A stretch of 64,000 nt of DNA, taken from NCBI GenBank assembly GCA_021151585.1, contig JAGKWX010000002.1, forward strand, positions 75,747 to 139,746. Reading direction: 5' to 3'. Under the pieces are notes generated by a model that had not been told where the DNA came from, did not search any database, and saw nothing but the letters and a program-made list of their open reading frames with translations. Source of the DNA: Alphaproteobacteria bacterium (GTDB lineage Bacteria; Pseudomonadota; Gammaproteobacteria; JAGOUN01). The position numbers were made by a program, and so were the translations under genes. This document shows, one piece after another, positions 52,080-61,824 of this stretch; position 1 is the first letter of the stretch; each line of letters begins with the position of its first letter.

Positions 52080-53560
52080 TAAAATTCCCCCAACCCCCAT
52101 TGTTTCTCAGCATGCCGGGGCAGCACTCTTTTGTGATTATGTAGGCACTAAATTTCTTGCAGCAATATTGAAGGTGGTTTGATAGGGATAATGACTAGAA
52201 AAAAGTATTTTAATGCGTCGTGTATTTTTTAAAATAATTGCGCCAATGTTGAAAAGTTTTAATCGAATCGTGCCGCAGTAGGATTTTTTTAATTCTGTTT
52301 CTGACAAACCCTGATATTGCAATTCTGTCATTAAAACGTAAGCGATACTCGACAGCAACACACGGCATTGATTCGCTAAAAAATCGCTACAACTGTTCCT
52401 ATCTGAAGAAAGATCCAGTTTTAATTGTTTGATTTTATTTTCCATGTCACCACGAAGACAATACTCCTGATCGTAAACATTTTCTGCTGGCATGTGATTA
52501 ACTTCATTGGTAACAATAAATCGACGATTACTTCCTTGATCTTGATGTTCTATTTTGGCAATCACGCGTCGTGCCGTTTTCCACGTATCTGCTTGATACT
52601 GACCATCAAAAAACAAACGCTGTTTTATTTGAGTTTCTTTGTACTGTTCCTCAGCTTGTTTCTCCAATACTTCTACCATTTTATACAAACGTGCATTACC
52701 GGATAACCCTACAATATACGTAATATTATTACATTCGCACCAATGCAATATTCGCTTTCGTGCAAAAGCACTATCTCCGCGAAAAGTGATTTTTACATTC
52801 GGCCACACCCTTCTAAAACGATTCACTAACCACCGTAAAATAACTCCCGCATGTTTAGCGCCATCAATATAGCTCGGACGAAGATAGCTCACCAATAGAT
52901 GATCGCCACAAAAAACATGCAATGGCAAATAGCAATACTCTTCATAATAACCATGATACTGACGTTTCTCTTGATGACCATGCAAACGATGATCTGTCGG
53001 ATCAAAATCTAGCACTAATTCGTTCGGAGCAACCATATGACGATCGATAAAATGCTCCACTAAAATTTCGCTCATCTTAAACATCGATTCGCGATCCAGC
53101 GCATTTTCAAAACATGATAACGTTGGTGGACTGGCTAATATACTCTCGACTCACGCCCGTTTGAAAACACGCATCTTCTCGCAATACTTGATGATCGTTA
53201 ATATCTTCATATCCCGCCGCCAACGCATAAACGCGCTGACGCAACATATCTAACATCGTGTGTTCTACCTTGCCAGATTCTCGTTCATCGCGCATCACCT
53301 TGCTCAACCGCGTGGTTAAATTACATTGTTTATCCACTTCTCGCAACAGCAACAAACCTGCGTCAGATGTGATGCTACCACCATTAAAATTACCAAGAAC
53401 TTTTTTACGGTTTAGGGGTGAAAATTCAATTAAACTTGAGGTACAATTTGTCACAGCGAAACTTCTCCTAATTTTCTTTTTTGCAACTGAATTATATAGG
53501 GTAAGAAGGGCGGCAAGATAAACTGACATGTCACAGGTCGAATTCAAGAGACTCTTCCCT
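52080..53560 (-). mobile_element. IS1380-family insertion sequence (approximate ends), transposase split by a frameshift
   Basis: Two consecutive out-of-frame ORFs (53107..53529 and 52137..53084) together give a transposase of about 464 aa. N-terminus is GGSITSDAGLLLLREVD...LRQRVYALAAGYEDINDH. C-terminal motifs DPTDHRLHGHQE and CLRGDMENKIKQLKLD are the IS1380-type DDE/ENxIKxLK signatures. Terminal inverted repeats could not be located by eye. Confidence 0.6.
52137..53529 (-). pseudogene. IS1380-family transposase, frameshifted near 53084-53107
   Basis: The N-terminal (53107..53529) and C-terminal (52137..53084) parts are in reading frames offset by 1. This family normally has a single ORF. 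Confidence 0.6.
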
Positions 53561-53808
53561 AACACGCTATTTTCTCCTGACATATCCCAATAAATACCGG
53601 GTGTACAATCTTGATCTAGATAAGAAATTAAAGACCATGGATTATAAAGTAAAGTGGCGCCTATGCGATAACCATTATACCACTGAGTTATTTCTGCAAT
53701 TCGAGCATAAATTATTGTTTCCGGTAAGTCAGCAGTATGAGACATGATCAAATTTTGAGCTTCATCTTCAGTAAACCCGAAAAATTCCTGGTATTTTGGT
53801 ATCAACAT
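53530..53808 (-). pseudogene. upstream remnant of the same PD-(D/E)XK (DUF1703-like) gene, read through in frame into the IS
   Basis: Contains WYNGYRIGATLLYNPWSLISYLDQ...GIYWDMSGENS, matching the GYRF...YNPWS...YW block that precedes the nuclease core in that family. The N-terminal AAA-ATPase-like domain is absent, so the gene is truncated on both sides. Confidence 0.45.
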
Positions 53809-53954
53809 CGATCGCAGTGGAATCGAATTCGCACCAGAAAATTCTTAATCAAATACAAGAATTGACAATGAAAGTTATCAAAATGACTGGCAAGTATTTT
53901 GTCATAACCATGCTGTTTCATGTTACAATAGCGAATCTATCTAATGATATTTTT

Positions 53955-54563
53955 ATGGCCATGCTAAAACAAGCTTTAAACGACAATCACGTTATTCTCA
54001 CGGAATTGCAAATCACCCAACTCGAGCAATATTTGCAACAACTGAACCAATGGAATAAGGCATATAACCTGACGGCTATTACGGATCCAACGGAACAAGT
54101 TTATAAACATATTATTGATAGCCTAAGCGTGCTCGAATTTATTACAGGCCCTAAGGTTTGTGATGTCGGCACAGGCGCTGGTTTGCCAGGCATTCCTTTA
54201 GCGATTGCTTTACCACATTTCCACTTCACTTTAATTGATAGCAGTCAAAAACGCATTATTTTTATACAGCAAGCGCTGATAAAACTCGGAATTAACAATG
54301 TTAAAGCCATACATCAACGCGTCGAAGATAGCCAAGGCGCTTTTGATACGGTAATTTCTCGTGCCTTTACCTCTATACACGATTTTGCAGAGAAAACACA
54401 ACACCTATTAGCCAAAAATGGTCAGTTACTGGCGATGAAAGGCACCTATCCAAGAGAAGAATTAAACCTTCTACCACAAGACTTTTTTATGTCAGATGTG
54501 CGAGAATTAGCAATCTCCGGATTACATGCAGAAAGACATGTCGTCATAATCAAAAAAAGGTAA
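53955..54563 (+). CDS. rsmG: 16S rRNA (guanine527-N7)-methyltransferase
   Basis: Contains LNQWNKAYNLTAITDP and SAM-binding VCDVGTGAGLPGIPLAIA. Start taken at the internal Met to give the usual length of about 205 aa. Confidence 0.8.
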   Translation: MAMLKQALNDNHVILTELQITQLEQYLQQLNQWNKAYNLTAITDPTEQVYKHIIDSLSVLEFITGPKVCDVGTGAGLPGIPLAIALPHFHFTLIDSSQKRIIFIQQALIKLGINNVKAIHQRVEDSQGAFDTVISRAFTSIHDFAEKTQHLLAKNGQLLAMKGTYPREELNLLPQDFFMSDVRELAISGLHAERHVVIIKKR

Positions 54564-54568
54564 AACGT

Positions 54569-55372
54569 GTGGGAAAAATTATTGCAATCGCCAATCAAAA
54601 AGGTGGCGTAGGAAAAACAACAACAACAGTTAATCTAGCGGCCGCATTAGCTAAAATGGGGCGAAAAGTTTTGTTAGTAGATCTTGATCCACAAGGCAAT
54701 GCATCTATGGCCTGCGATGCCGACAACCATGACTTGACAGCCACATGCAATGAAGTTTTGCTCAATGAAGCAGAGGTTGAAACCGCCATCCGCTCCACGA
54801 AAGAAAACTTTTATTTATTACCTTCAAATGATGATTTAACCGAAGCCGAAATTCGTTTAGTACAAATTGATAAACGCGAAACCCGTTTGCGAGACCATCT
54901 CAACAAAATTAAAAAAACTTTTGATTATATTCTGATCGACTGCCCGCCATCGCTAAATATGCTCACCGCTAACGCATTGGTTGCCGCAGATTCTGTTCTT
55001 ATTCCAATTCAATGTGAATATTATGCGTTAGAAGGCTTATCTAGTTTATTAAACACCATCGAACAAATGAAAAAAACAGCCAATCCATATCTACAAATCG
55101 AAGGCCTACTAAGAACAATGTTTGATAACCGAAGCCGCTTAACACAAGATGTCTCTGCGCAATTACACCAACATTTTCCAAATCATATTTACCGCACAGC
55201 TATTCCCAGAAATATCCGCTTAGCAGAAGCCCCAAGCCACTCACAATCTATTATTGCCTATGACATTAGCAGCACAGGTGCTCAAGCTTACTTAGCTTTA
55301 GCAGGGGAAGTCTTACGGCGCGACCATGAACTGACAGAAGCAACGCCGTTACAGAATCTTATCAAAGAGTAG
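54569..55372 (+). CDS. parA: chromosome partitioning ATPase ParA/Soj
   Basis: Deviant Walker A KIIAIANQKGGVGKTTT, GTG start, 267 aa. Immediately downstream of rsmG. Confidence 0.85.
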   Translation: MGKIIAIANQKGGVGKTTTTVNLAAALAKMGRKVLLVDLDPQGNASMACDADNHDLTATCNEVLLNEAEVETAIRSTKENFYLLPSNDDLTEAEIRLVQIDKRETRLRDHLNKIKKTFDYILIDCPPSLNMLTANALVAADSVLIPIQCEYYALEGLSSLLNTIEQMKKTANPYLQIEGLLRTMFDNRSRLTQDVSAQLHQHFPNHIYRTAIPRNIRLAEAPSHSQSIIAYDISSTGAQAYLALAGEVLRRDHELTEATPLQNLIKE

Positions 55373-55408
55373 ATGGCTCTACGCTTGGCATATTTACTGT
55401 GTTGAATA

Positions 55409-55825
55409 TCAACATGCAGTAGATAGCCACGTTTCTAAAATGACTTTTGCTGCCATCGCATCAATCGCTTCTTTTGCTAAAGCACGATGACCACCTTGAT
55501 CAAATAAAAATTCTTTTGCTTCTGCCGTACTTAAACGTTCGTCAATAGTATGCACTAAACATTGTGTTTCTTTTGCTAAATTATCTGCAAATTTTTTTGC
55601 AGCTTCTGTAACCCATTGATTTTTTTCATTCATTTCATAAGGGATGCCTACAATCAAGGCTGTTGGCGACCACTGTTTAACAATTTCCTTTATTAATGAC
55701 CAATCAACATGATTATTATGTTGTTTGATCGTTGTTAACGGTCGTGCAGTGCGCGTCACGTCTTGCCCGACAGCAACGCCAATATATTTAGTCCCAAAAT
55801 CAAATGCTACATAGTGATTACTCAT
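55409..55825 (-). CDS. ruvX: Holliday-junction resolvase-like nuclease YqgF/RuvX
   Basis: 138 aa with N-terminus VAFDFGTKYIGVAVG in an RNase H-like fold. Confidence 0.8.
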   Translation of the reverse strand: MSNHYVAFDFGTKYIGVAVGQDVTRTARPLTTIKQHNNHVDWSLIKEIVKQWSPTALIVGIPYEMNEKNQWVTEAAKKFADNLAKETQCLVHTIDERLSTAEAKEFLFDQGGHRALAKEAIDAMAAKVILETWLSTAC

Positions 55826-56397
55826 CTCTCACCTACAAAAAATAATTCTCGCTCCGTTAGTACGCCGTCTAATAATATATCCCAACTATCAGCCATCAGG
55901 TCCCCAGATTCCTGGCAGGCATAAGCAACACCAATTAATAGCGGTGATGTTATTTTTTTTGACTTAAACGCCAAGGCCTTATCGTAATACCCTTTCCCCA
56001 TGCCTAAGCGCGCACCATCTCGATTAAACGCCACTAAGGGAAGTAACACAATATCAAAACTCTGAAGCGGTGTAAAAAAATCTGTTGCTGGCTCATCAAT
56101 GCCATAGTAATTTTTTTGCATAGACGTCGTTGATGAATATTCGGCGAACTTCAGCGTGTCATTAGCAGAATCAATAACCGGTAAAAAAGTGAAAATATTT
56201 TGCTGCCATAATTCATTGATCAAGAACGATAAATCCAATTCCCCATCACGGGCCAAATACACTGCAATTTTTTTTTCTTTATTCAAATAATCTAAAAAAA
56301 TGTTACTAATAGAACAAGCGGCATGGATTTTATCTTCAGCAGCAATACTCCGCCTAAGATTACGATATTTTTTTCGAAGCAATACTTTTGTTTGCAA
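55822..56397 (-). CDS. ygfA: 5-formyltetrahydrofolate cyclo-ligase
   Basis: 191 aa matching the MTHFS family in size and N-terminal pattern (RKKYRNLRRSIAAEDKIHAACSIS). Apparent TTG start at 56397. Confidence 0.65.
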   Translation of the reverse strand: MQTKVLLRKKYRNLRRSIAAEDKIHAACSISNIFLDYLNKEKKIAVYLARDGELDLSFLINELWQQNIFTFLPVIDSANDTLKFAEYSSTTSMQKNYYGIDEPATDFFTPLQSFDIVLLPLVAFNRDGARLGMGKGYYDKALAFKSKKITSPLLIGVAYACQESGDLMADSWDILLDGVLTERELFFVGER

Positions 56398-56400
56398 AAT

Positions 56401-56577
56401 AAAAAACCCGTTGTGTTAGATAGTGGTTTTTAAAGACCCTGTTTCCCCAGGTTGGATTCTAAGTTATCGCATCAGGCTTCTCATTACAAGATGAGCTTGC
56501 ACAACAGCGATCGATCCTAGATTCCGTCTTTGTATATAACGGTCAAAAAACACAACATCTATTTTTCACAACGGGTG
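56401..56577 (-). ncRNA. ssrS: candidate 6S RNA (ssrS)
   Basis: An approximately 175-nt non-coding stretch immediately upstream of ygfA, the conserved ssrS-ygfA arrangement. Its two ends are complementary (cacccgttgtg at the 5' end, cacaacgggt at the 3' end), which would form the 6S closing stem. Ends in a U run. Confidence 0.4.
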
Positions 56578-56743
56578 TAAATTCAGTATAGCATAAATTT
56601 TATTTTGTGCTCTGAATGTTGCAAATTTTTCTAAATTATTTTTACTTTTTTATGCACTCAACGATGCGAACCTTGCCGCAACTGATATAAATCAATCGTT
56701 TAATTACAACCAAAAAAAGCGAGATGTGCTTAATTTAAGCAAA

Positions 56744-57319
56744 TTAGCCAAATGCCGCCATCAAACTCGCGCGCATCACTGGATGCACCAGCAACATTTC
56801 TATAATCTGCACGATCAATAGTAAGACAACAGGCGATATGTCCATACCACCAAACAAGGGCACAAATTTTCTAATAGGCGCCAATAGGGGAGCGCTAATT
56901 TGTGTTAATAAACTTAACATCGCAGGCTGTGCATGCGGAATCCAACTTAAAATAGCCATCAGAATCATAACGTAAAAAATCGCATCCAACCCTACTTCTA
57001 TCGCACTAATTACAGTCCATGCGAATAAACCCATCGGCTGTGGAATATGTCCTGAGATAAAACTGACTAACAATAACTTGATTAGTGTTACCGCAAGCAA
57101 TAAAACAATGCTAGATAATTCAACATGCCCTAAATTTGGGATGTATTTTTTCAGCACTTTAATCACTGGGCTGGTAGAGCGAGCAATACCGGTAAGCAAA
57201 GGGTGCTCACCTGACATATGTGACCATCGCGCCCATATGCGCAATGCAAGCATGAAAGAATATAGGCCAAAGACAAACTGCACAATAAACATTAAAACTT
57301 GCTGTATCGCTGAACTCAT
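56744..57319 (-). CDS. yggT: YggT family membrane protein
   Basis: 191 aa with two YGGT-type hydrophobic repeats. Position downstream of proC and yggS. Confidence 0.7.
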   Translation of the reverse strand: MSSAIQQVLMFIVQFVFGLYSFMLALRIWARWSHMSGEHPLLTGIARSTSPVIKVLKKYIPNLGHVELSSIVLLLAVTLIKLLLVSFISGHIPQPMGLFAWTVISAIEVGLDAIFYVMILMAILSWIPHAQPAMLSLLTQISAPLLAPIRKFVPLFGGMDISPVVLLLIVQIIEMLLVHPVMRASLMAAFG

Positions 57320-57333
57320 TCTTATTCCTCTTA

Positions 57334-58161
57334 TTATTGATCTAAAGATGCCGTCAAATCTGCGGCGCGTCGAATCGCAGCTTCCATTCCAGCCTCTATG
57401 ATACTCGGAAAACTAGCTGTATCAAACACCTTAATCGCTTGCTCAGTAGTGCCTTGCGGAGATGTTACCTTGTGTCGCAAAGCAACGACATCATCATCAC
57501 TTTCTATCGCTAATTTGCTTGCGCCTAGAGCCGTTTGCAATGCTAATTCTCGAGCCACTTTTTCTGACAAGCCGAATTTTATCGCAGCATTTTGCATAGC
57601 CTCTATTATATAAAAGAAATACGCAGGCCCCGACCCTGATAAAGCAGCCACAACGTCAATGAGCTCCTCTTGATCAACCCACGCCGCCATACCTACTGCA
57701 CGATGCAACGTCTCTGCAAATACTTTTTCTTCATTGGTTGCGTGTTTATTCGCAAATAAACCACTCGCCCCCGCAGAGACTAAAGCTGGAGTATTAGGCA
57801 TAGTACGTATAATCGATAACCCATCCCCCAACCAGCGACTTAACATATCTGTACTAATTCCTACAGCAACTGAAATAACCAGTGGTTTGTTTTTTTGAAC
57901 AACTTCACGAATATGTTGCGTTACCGCATGCATTTGCTGCGGCTTAACACCGAGAACAATAATATCCGCTGCTGCACAAGCACCAAGATTATCGTCAGTC
58001 GCATGCACGCCTAAAGTCGCATGTAACTGTTGATTTTTTTCACGTGTTCGATTCGTTACCCAAATTTTTTCTTGTGGATAATGGGAAGCAATTAAACCTT
58101 TCACTAAACTCGTTGATAAATTACCACAACCAATAAATGCAATAACGTGATCAGTTTTCAT
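57334..58161 (-). CDS. proC: pyrroline-5-carboxylate reductase
   Basis: Contains IAFIGCGNLSTSLVKGL, matching the NADP-binding N-terminus and the ProC dimerisation domain. Start at the internal Met overlaps the yggS stop. Confidence 0.85.
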   Translation of the reverse strand: MKTDHVIAFIGCGNLSTSLVKGLIASHYPQEKIWVTNRTREKNQQLHATLGVHATDDNLGACAAADIIVLGVKPQQMHAVTQHIREVVQKNKPLVISVAVGISTDMLSRWLGDGLSIIRTMPNTPALVSAGASGLFANKHATNEEKVFAETLHRAVGMAAWVDQEELIDVVAALSGSGPAYFFYIIEAMQNAAIKFGLSEKVARELALQTALGASKLAIESDDDVVALRHKVTSPQGTTEQAIKVFDTASFPSIIEAGMEAAIRRAADLTASLDQ

Positions 58162-58820
58162 TATTTTCTCTCCCCAAAAATTGCCGCCCCTATTCTCAGC
58201 ATTGTTGATCCACACTTAATCGCCATTTCCATATCATGACTCATACCCATCGACAAGGTATCAATGCTGGGATAACATGATTTTAGCGTAACATAATTTT
58301 GATACATGTCGTTAAACATTTTTTCCAACAACGCCGTGTCTTGTGCCGCCAAACCAATAGTCATCAAGCCACGCAAAGACAAAAAAGGACAGAAATTTAC
58401 AATATAGCGCGATATATTTGTTGCATCACTCATATCAACGCCATTTTTCTGGCCTTCACCGCTAATATTTATTTGAATACATACGTTTATTTTTTTTTGT
58501 AATTTTTCACAGGCGTCATTTAATTTTTTTGCCGTCTCTTCACTAGCCAAAGTTTGTACCCAATCAAAATGTCGAGCCAAATCTTTAATTTTATTTTTTT
58601 GAATTTTTCCAATGTAATGCCATTCGAGATTCGTATATTTTTGATTAAGTATTATGATTTTCTCTATCGCTTCTTGCACGTAATTTTCACCGAAAACATT
58701 TTGGCCAGCTTTAATAGCCTGCTCGATGTCGGCGGCTGATTTGGTTTTTGAAACAGCTACAAGACTCACCGAGCCTGGAACTTGTGTTTGTATGTGTAAT
58801 AAGCGGTTGGCTATTGTCAT
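58161..58820 (-). CDS. yggS: PLP homeostasis protein YggS (alanine-racemase-fold PLP-binding protein)
   Basis: Contains VAVSKTKSA...GQNVFGENYVQE, the PLP-binding Lys motif of this family. 219 aa. Confidence 0.8.
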   Translation of the reverse strand: MTIANRLLHIQTQVPGSVSLVAVSKTKSAADIEQAIKAGQNVFGENYVQEAIEKIIILNQKYTNLEWHYIGKIQKNKIKDLARHFDWVQTLASEETAKKLNDACEKLQKKINVCIQINISGEGQKNGVDMSDATNISRYIVNFCPFLSLRGLMTIGLAAQDTALLEKMFNDMYQNYVTLKSCYPSIDTLSMGMSHDMEMAIKCGSTMLRIGAAIFGERK

Positions 58821-59051
58821 TTATATAAAGTTTTTCATAGTTAACGTATCTTATATTTTTGTCAGCATGAGTTTACTTAACAATTGGTTATGCAATGTTT
58901 GCACGCAGCTTATGTCTAACGCGGAGCATGGCGGAATACCACCGGACAACAAAACCGGCAAAGCAAGCAAGCCGCCACCGCCTGCAACCCGATCAATAAG
59001 CCCAGCGCGAAACTCTGGAGGGCAACAAAAGAGGTAACAAGTAATACTCAT

Positions 59052-60443
59052 TTAAAAAGGCAATTTTAAGCTTTCATCTAATTCTAATAAATGATTACGA
59101 AATTTTGATTTCACTGCCGCTAATGCCCCCTCATCATCCGCTTCAAAACGAACGATTAAATACGGCGTTGTATTAGAGCATCGCACCAAACCCCAGGCAT
59201 TTGGAAAATCAACTCGCAAACCATCTATGGTATTGATTTTAGCATCATCACCAAATTGCGCCATACGAATTAATTGATCAACAAAATCAAATTTTTTGTC
59301 ATCAGCCATGCTGATTTTTAACTCTGGCGTGCTAATACTGTTGGGAATTTCAGAAAAAATCGTCTCAACATCTCGACCATCATTTGCAATGATCTCTAAC
59401 AAACGGGCCGCTGTATAAATCGCATCATCAAAACCATACCAACGATCATTAAAGAAAACATGACCGCTCATTTCACCACCAAGCGCTGCTTGCTCTTCTT
59501 TAATTTTTGCTTTTACTAAAGAATGACCCGTTTTATACATAATTGGCTCGCCGCCGTGCTGCCGCACAACTTGCGCCAAATAACGCGTCGACTTCACGTC
59601 ATAAATGATCTTCGCACCCGGATTGTTTTTTAAGACATGAATCGCAAATAAAATTAACTGCCTATCTGGCCAAATGACATCGCCCGCTGCCGTTACAACA
59701 CCTAAACGATCTCCATCACCATCAAATGCCAAACCTATATCAGCTTTTTTACGTATCACAGTCTGTATGAGATCAGATAAATTTTCTTCTTGACTTGGGT
59801 CAGGATGATGATTTGGAAAATTACCATCAACCTCACAAAATAGTTCATAGGCATCACAGCCTAATTTTTTAATAAGCTCTGGCGCAATCACGCCAGCAAC
59901 ACCATTACCACAATCAACAATAACTTTTAATTTTTTATTTAACTTAACATCAGAAAGAATTCTGGCTTCATAACGAGGCAACACTTCTTCATGTGTTAAT
60001 ACACCATGACCCACAGCAAAATCATTTTGCTGAATTCTATGATACAAGCGCTGAATATCTTCACCATGAATGGCCTTTCCTTTCATAACCATTTTTACGC
60101 CATTATGATCTATCGGATTATGACTACCCGTTAACATCGCACCCGATGTCGTGTTTAAAATATGCGTTGCAAAATACAAGACCGGTGTTGGCACACGACC
60201 AATATTAATCACATTAATGCCCGTAGCTAACAAACCGTCAATTAATGCCTTAGACAGAGCTGGCCCAGATAAACGCCCATCACGCGCAACAATAATACTT
60301 TGCTCACCTTGCGCTAACGCTTCTGAACCAATGGCCTGGCCAATGCTATAAATAATGTCCGTATTTAACGTGTCACCAACAACACCTCGAATATCATAGG
60401 CTCTGAAAATTGTTGATGAAATAGTTTGAGCATTTTTTGACAC
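59052..60443 (-). CDS. phosphomannomutase/phosphoglucomutase (AlgC-like)
   Basis: Active-site motif LTGSHNPIDHNG, metal-binding motif FDGDGDR, 463 aa. dut-algC adjacency as in Pseudomonas. Confidence 0.85.
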   Translation of the reverse strand: MSKNAQTISSTIFRAYDIRGVVGDTLNTDIIYSIGQAIGSEALAQGEQSIIVARDGRLSGPALSKALIDGLLATGINVINIGRVPTPVLYFATHILNTTSGAMLTGSHNPIDHNGVKMVMKGKAIHGEDIQRLYHRIQQNDFAVGHGVLTHEEVLPRYEARILSDVKLNKKLKVIVDCGNGVAGVIAPELIKKLGCDAYELFCEVDGNFPNHHPDPSQEENLSDLIQTVIRKKADIGLAFDGDGDRLGVVTAAGDVIWPDRQLILFAIHVLKNNPGAKIIYDVKSTRYLAQVVRQHGGEPIMYKTGHSLVKAKIKEEQAALGGEMSGHVFFNDRWYGFDDAIYTAARLLEIIANDGRDVETIFSEIPNSISTPELKISMADDKKFDFVDQLIRMAQFGDDAKINTIDGLRVDFPNAWGLVRCSNTTPYLIVRFEADDEGALAAVKSKFRNHLLELDESLKLPF

Positions 60444-60445
60444 GC

Positions 60446-60916
60446 TTATTGACCCCCTGTGTGTCCAAAACCACCTTCTCCGCGCACTGTGGTTTCAAAG
60501 TGTTGAACAATATTAAATGATACCTGTGCGACAGGTATAAAAACTAATTGCGCAATGCGCTCTCCCGGGGTGATAGTATAATCTTCCACACCACGATTCC
60601 AGCAAGAAATCTTAAGTTCACCTTGATAATCTGAATCAATCAGGCCAACTAAATTGCCTAAAACAATACCATGCTTATGACCAAGCCCGGAACGCGGTAA
60701 AATCATCGCCGCCATCTGTGCATGGCGCATATGAATAGCAATACCCGTTGGAATAAGAATAGTCGCTCCAGCCGCAACAACCTGATCACTTTCTATGCAG
60801 GCACGTAAATCCATGCCCGCGGAACCAGCAGTAGCATATTCAGGCAAAGGGATAGTAGCACCAACCAGCGGACTAATAACTTTCAAGTCAATTTTCTGCG
60901 CTTCAACACAAGACAT
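60446..60916 (-). CDS. dut: dUTP diphosphatase
   Basis: Matches the Dut motifs in [17 protein letters not shown] and GERIAQLVF. 156 aa. Confidence 0.9.
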   Translation of the reverse strand: MSCVEAQKIDLKVISPLVGATIPLPEYATAGSAGMDLRACIESDQVVAAGATILIPTGIAIHMRHAQMAAMILPRSGLGHKHGIVLGNLVGLIDSDYQGELKISCWNRGVEDYTITPGERIAQLVFIPVAQVSFNIVQHFETTVRGEGGFGHTGGQ

Positions 60917-61151
60917 TCAGAACTCACTACGGATGTTAGTAAACAAAATACGAATAGTGTAATGTAATTACAGAAAAAACGAAACCTTGATGATCTTGAA
61001 CGTTTTGAAATTTATTCGGAAGAAGCACGTGATAAGTGACGCGTAAACAAGATATTTATTAGAGAAAATCAAAGATATAAGGTTAACTAGAGACTATCAA
61101 CCTAATTCTAATATATAATGAAAATAGATAGAAAATGTGCGTATTTAGCTA

Positions 61152-61778
61152 ATGGACACTGGTTTTTTTACATTTGGTATTATTGTATTACTGGGCGCTA
61201 TGCTTCCAGGCCCAGATTTTGCGGTTGTAACTAAAAATGCACTGCTACACTCGCGCAGAGCGGGTATGTACACCGCACTAGGGGTTAGCGCAGGCATCTG
61301 CGTCCATATGACCTATTGCGTTTTGGGGTTAGCCGTCATCATTCGACAGTCGCCCTGGCTGTTCCACGGCATACAATATGCTGGGGCACTCTACCTATGT
61401 TACCTAAGCTTCATGCTATTACAACCCCACTCCACCAATCATATTCAAACCTCATGCACTAACATGCAGCCTGCTCAGCAACCATCTCGAATGAAAGCAT
61501 TTTACGAAGGATTTGTTTGTAATTTGCTCAATCCCAAGGCAACCCTATTTTTTCTTACGCTATTTAGCGCGGTTATTACAACCAGCAATAATATTTGGAT
61601 CAATCTCGTCTATGGACTCGAAGCGATATTAACCGCACTTCTTTGGTTCTGCTCTTTGGCTTATCTTATTTCACACCAATGCATTACCAGCTGGCTTAAT
61701 CGCTCACAAAGAACAATTGAAAAAATTCTCGGCATTATATTGCTGGGCTTGGCGATTTTTGTGGTGTTTTGGGGCTAA
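61152..61778 (+). CDS. LysE/RhtB family amino-acid exporter
   Basis: 208 aa with 6 TM helices and the N-terminal pattern GIIVLLGAMLPGPDFAVV. Confidence 0.7.
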   Translation: MDTGFFTFGIIVLLGAMLPGPDFAVVTKNALLHSRRAGMYTALGVSAGICVHMTYCVLGLAVIIRQSPWLFHGIQYAGALYLCYLSFMLLQPHSTNHIQTSCTNMQPAQQPSRMKAFYEGFVCNLLNPKATLFFLTLFSAVITTSNNIWINLVYGLEAILTALLWFCSLAYLISHQCITSWLNRSQRTIEKILGIILLGLAIFVVFWG

Positions 61779-61824
61779 ATTGAGAAATAATATCAGCAGA
61801 CTTTCGAGCGCACATTCTCAAAAA

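Noticed and set aside
52081..53600. Attempt to define the IS1380 terminal inverted repeats
   Set aside because: Comparing 52040-52136 with the reverse complement of 53530-53600 by eye gave only weak, gappy matches. The ends are left approximate rather than inventing a repeat.
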